Assembly: GCA_951406725.2 (NCBI GenBank)
Contig: OX597827.1
Span: forward strand, 35,588,001-35,652,000
DNA: 64,000 nucleotides
Origin: Octopus vulgaris
Taxonomy: Eukaryota
Direction of reading: 5' to 3'
The notes under the pieces were generated by a model. That model was given only the letters and a program-made list of their open reading frames with translations, was not told where the DNA came from and ran no database searches. Position numbers and translations under genes: made by a program. How positions within the stretch are numbered: the first letter of the stretch is position 1; each line of letters begins with the position of its first letter. Below are positions 63,554 through 64,000 of the stretch, in pieces.

Positions 63554-64000
63554 ATTATAGTAAGGAACTTGTAGCTGAATCTATAGGGGAATTTCGAGAG
63601 AAAATTTAGCTTGGAAGCTAAACCTACAATTGAGAGGTCTTAAGGTAACTTACCAATGGTGGAGTCTTTAGTAAATAAGAAAGATGACAAGACTCTGATA
63701 TCTTCAGAGAAATGGCATTGCTTGATAAGCAAAGAAGGAGTAGGTATAAACTCCATATACTCTACCCAATGTATTATTATTATTATTATCATCATCATCA
63801 TCATCATCATTATTTCCACCATTCCCTAATAACCTCTTGTGCTACAGTCAATAGTTAATAATAAGTAAATATGTGTGCATGTGTGAAAATTCCATCTGGC
63901 CCATGTAAGCATGGAAAATTTGACTTTGTTGATGAGGAGGAGGATTTGTTTAACATTCATTTTTCCATGATGGTATTGGCTGGACAAAGTTTTATTGTTG

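Overview
AT-rich, intron-containing animal DNA packed with (AT)n/(GATA)n/(ATAC)n microsatellites. The repeat content and the long poly-C2H2 gene suggest a coleoid cephalopod such as Octopus (inference). Host genes: (i) the 5' part of a minus-strand gene, with two phase-1 PAN/apple-like exons followed by a Ser/Thr mucin-like repeat exon that runs off the left edge, plus weak candidate signal-peptide exons at ~12-13 kb; (ii) a single-coding-exon C2H2 zinc-finger gene (37818-39698, minus) with 18 intact fingers and 4 'ghost' fingers in exact 28-aa register. The rest is mostly mobile DNA: three Penelope-like (RT/GIY-YIG) relics, a Tx1/L1-clade LINE ORF2 plus truncated relatives, R4/Dong, CR1/Jockey-like and RTE fragments, Helitrons with intact termini, hAT, piggyBac-like, pogo and Tc1/mariner elements, two ~1.05-kb TG..CA solo-LTR-like elements, foldback palindromes and three tRNA-type SINE families with exchangeable tails. 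Three signals stand out. (1) About 11 complete or partial minimal hammerhead-ribozyme motifs, including two ~350-nt direct-repeat-bounded retrozyme-like units and a palindrome with two back-to-back hammerheads. (2) Tx1-clade LINE copies whose junctions all lie in (GATA)n tracts, a candidate new microsatellite-targeting retrotransposon. (3) A SINE subfamily whose last ~50 nt match that LINE's 3' end. All calls were made by eye, without database searches.
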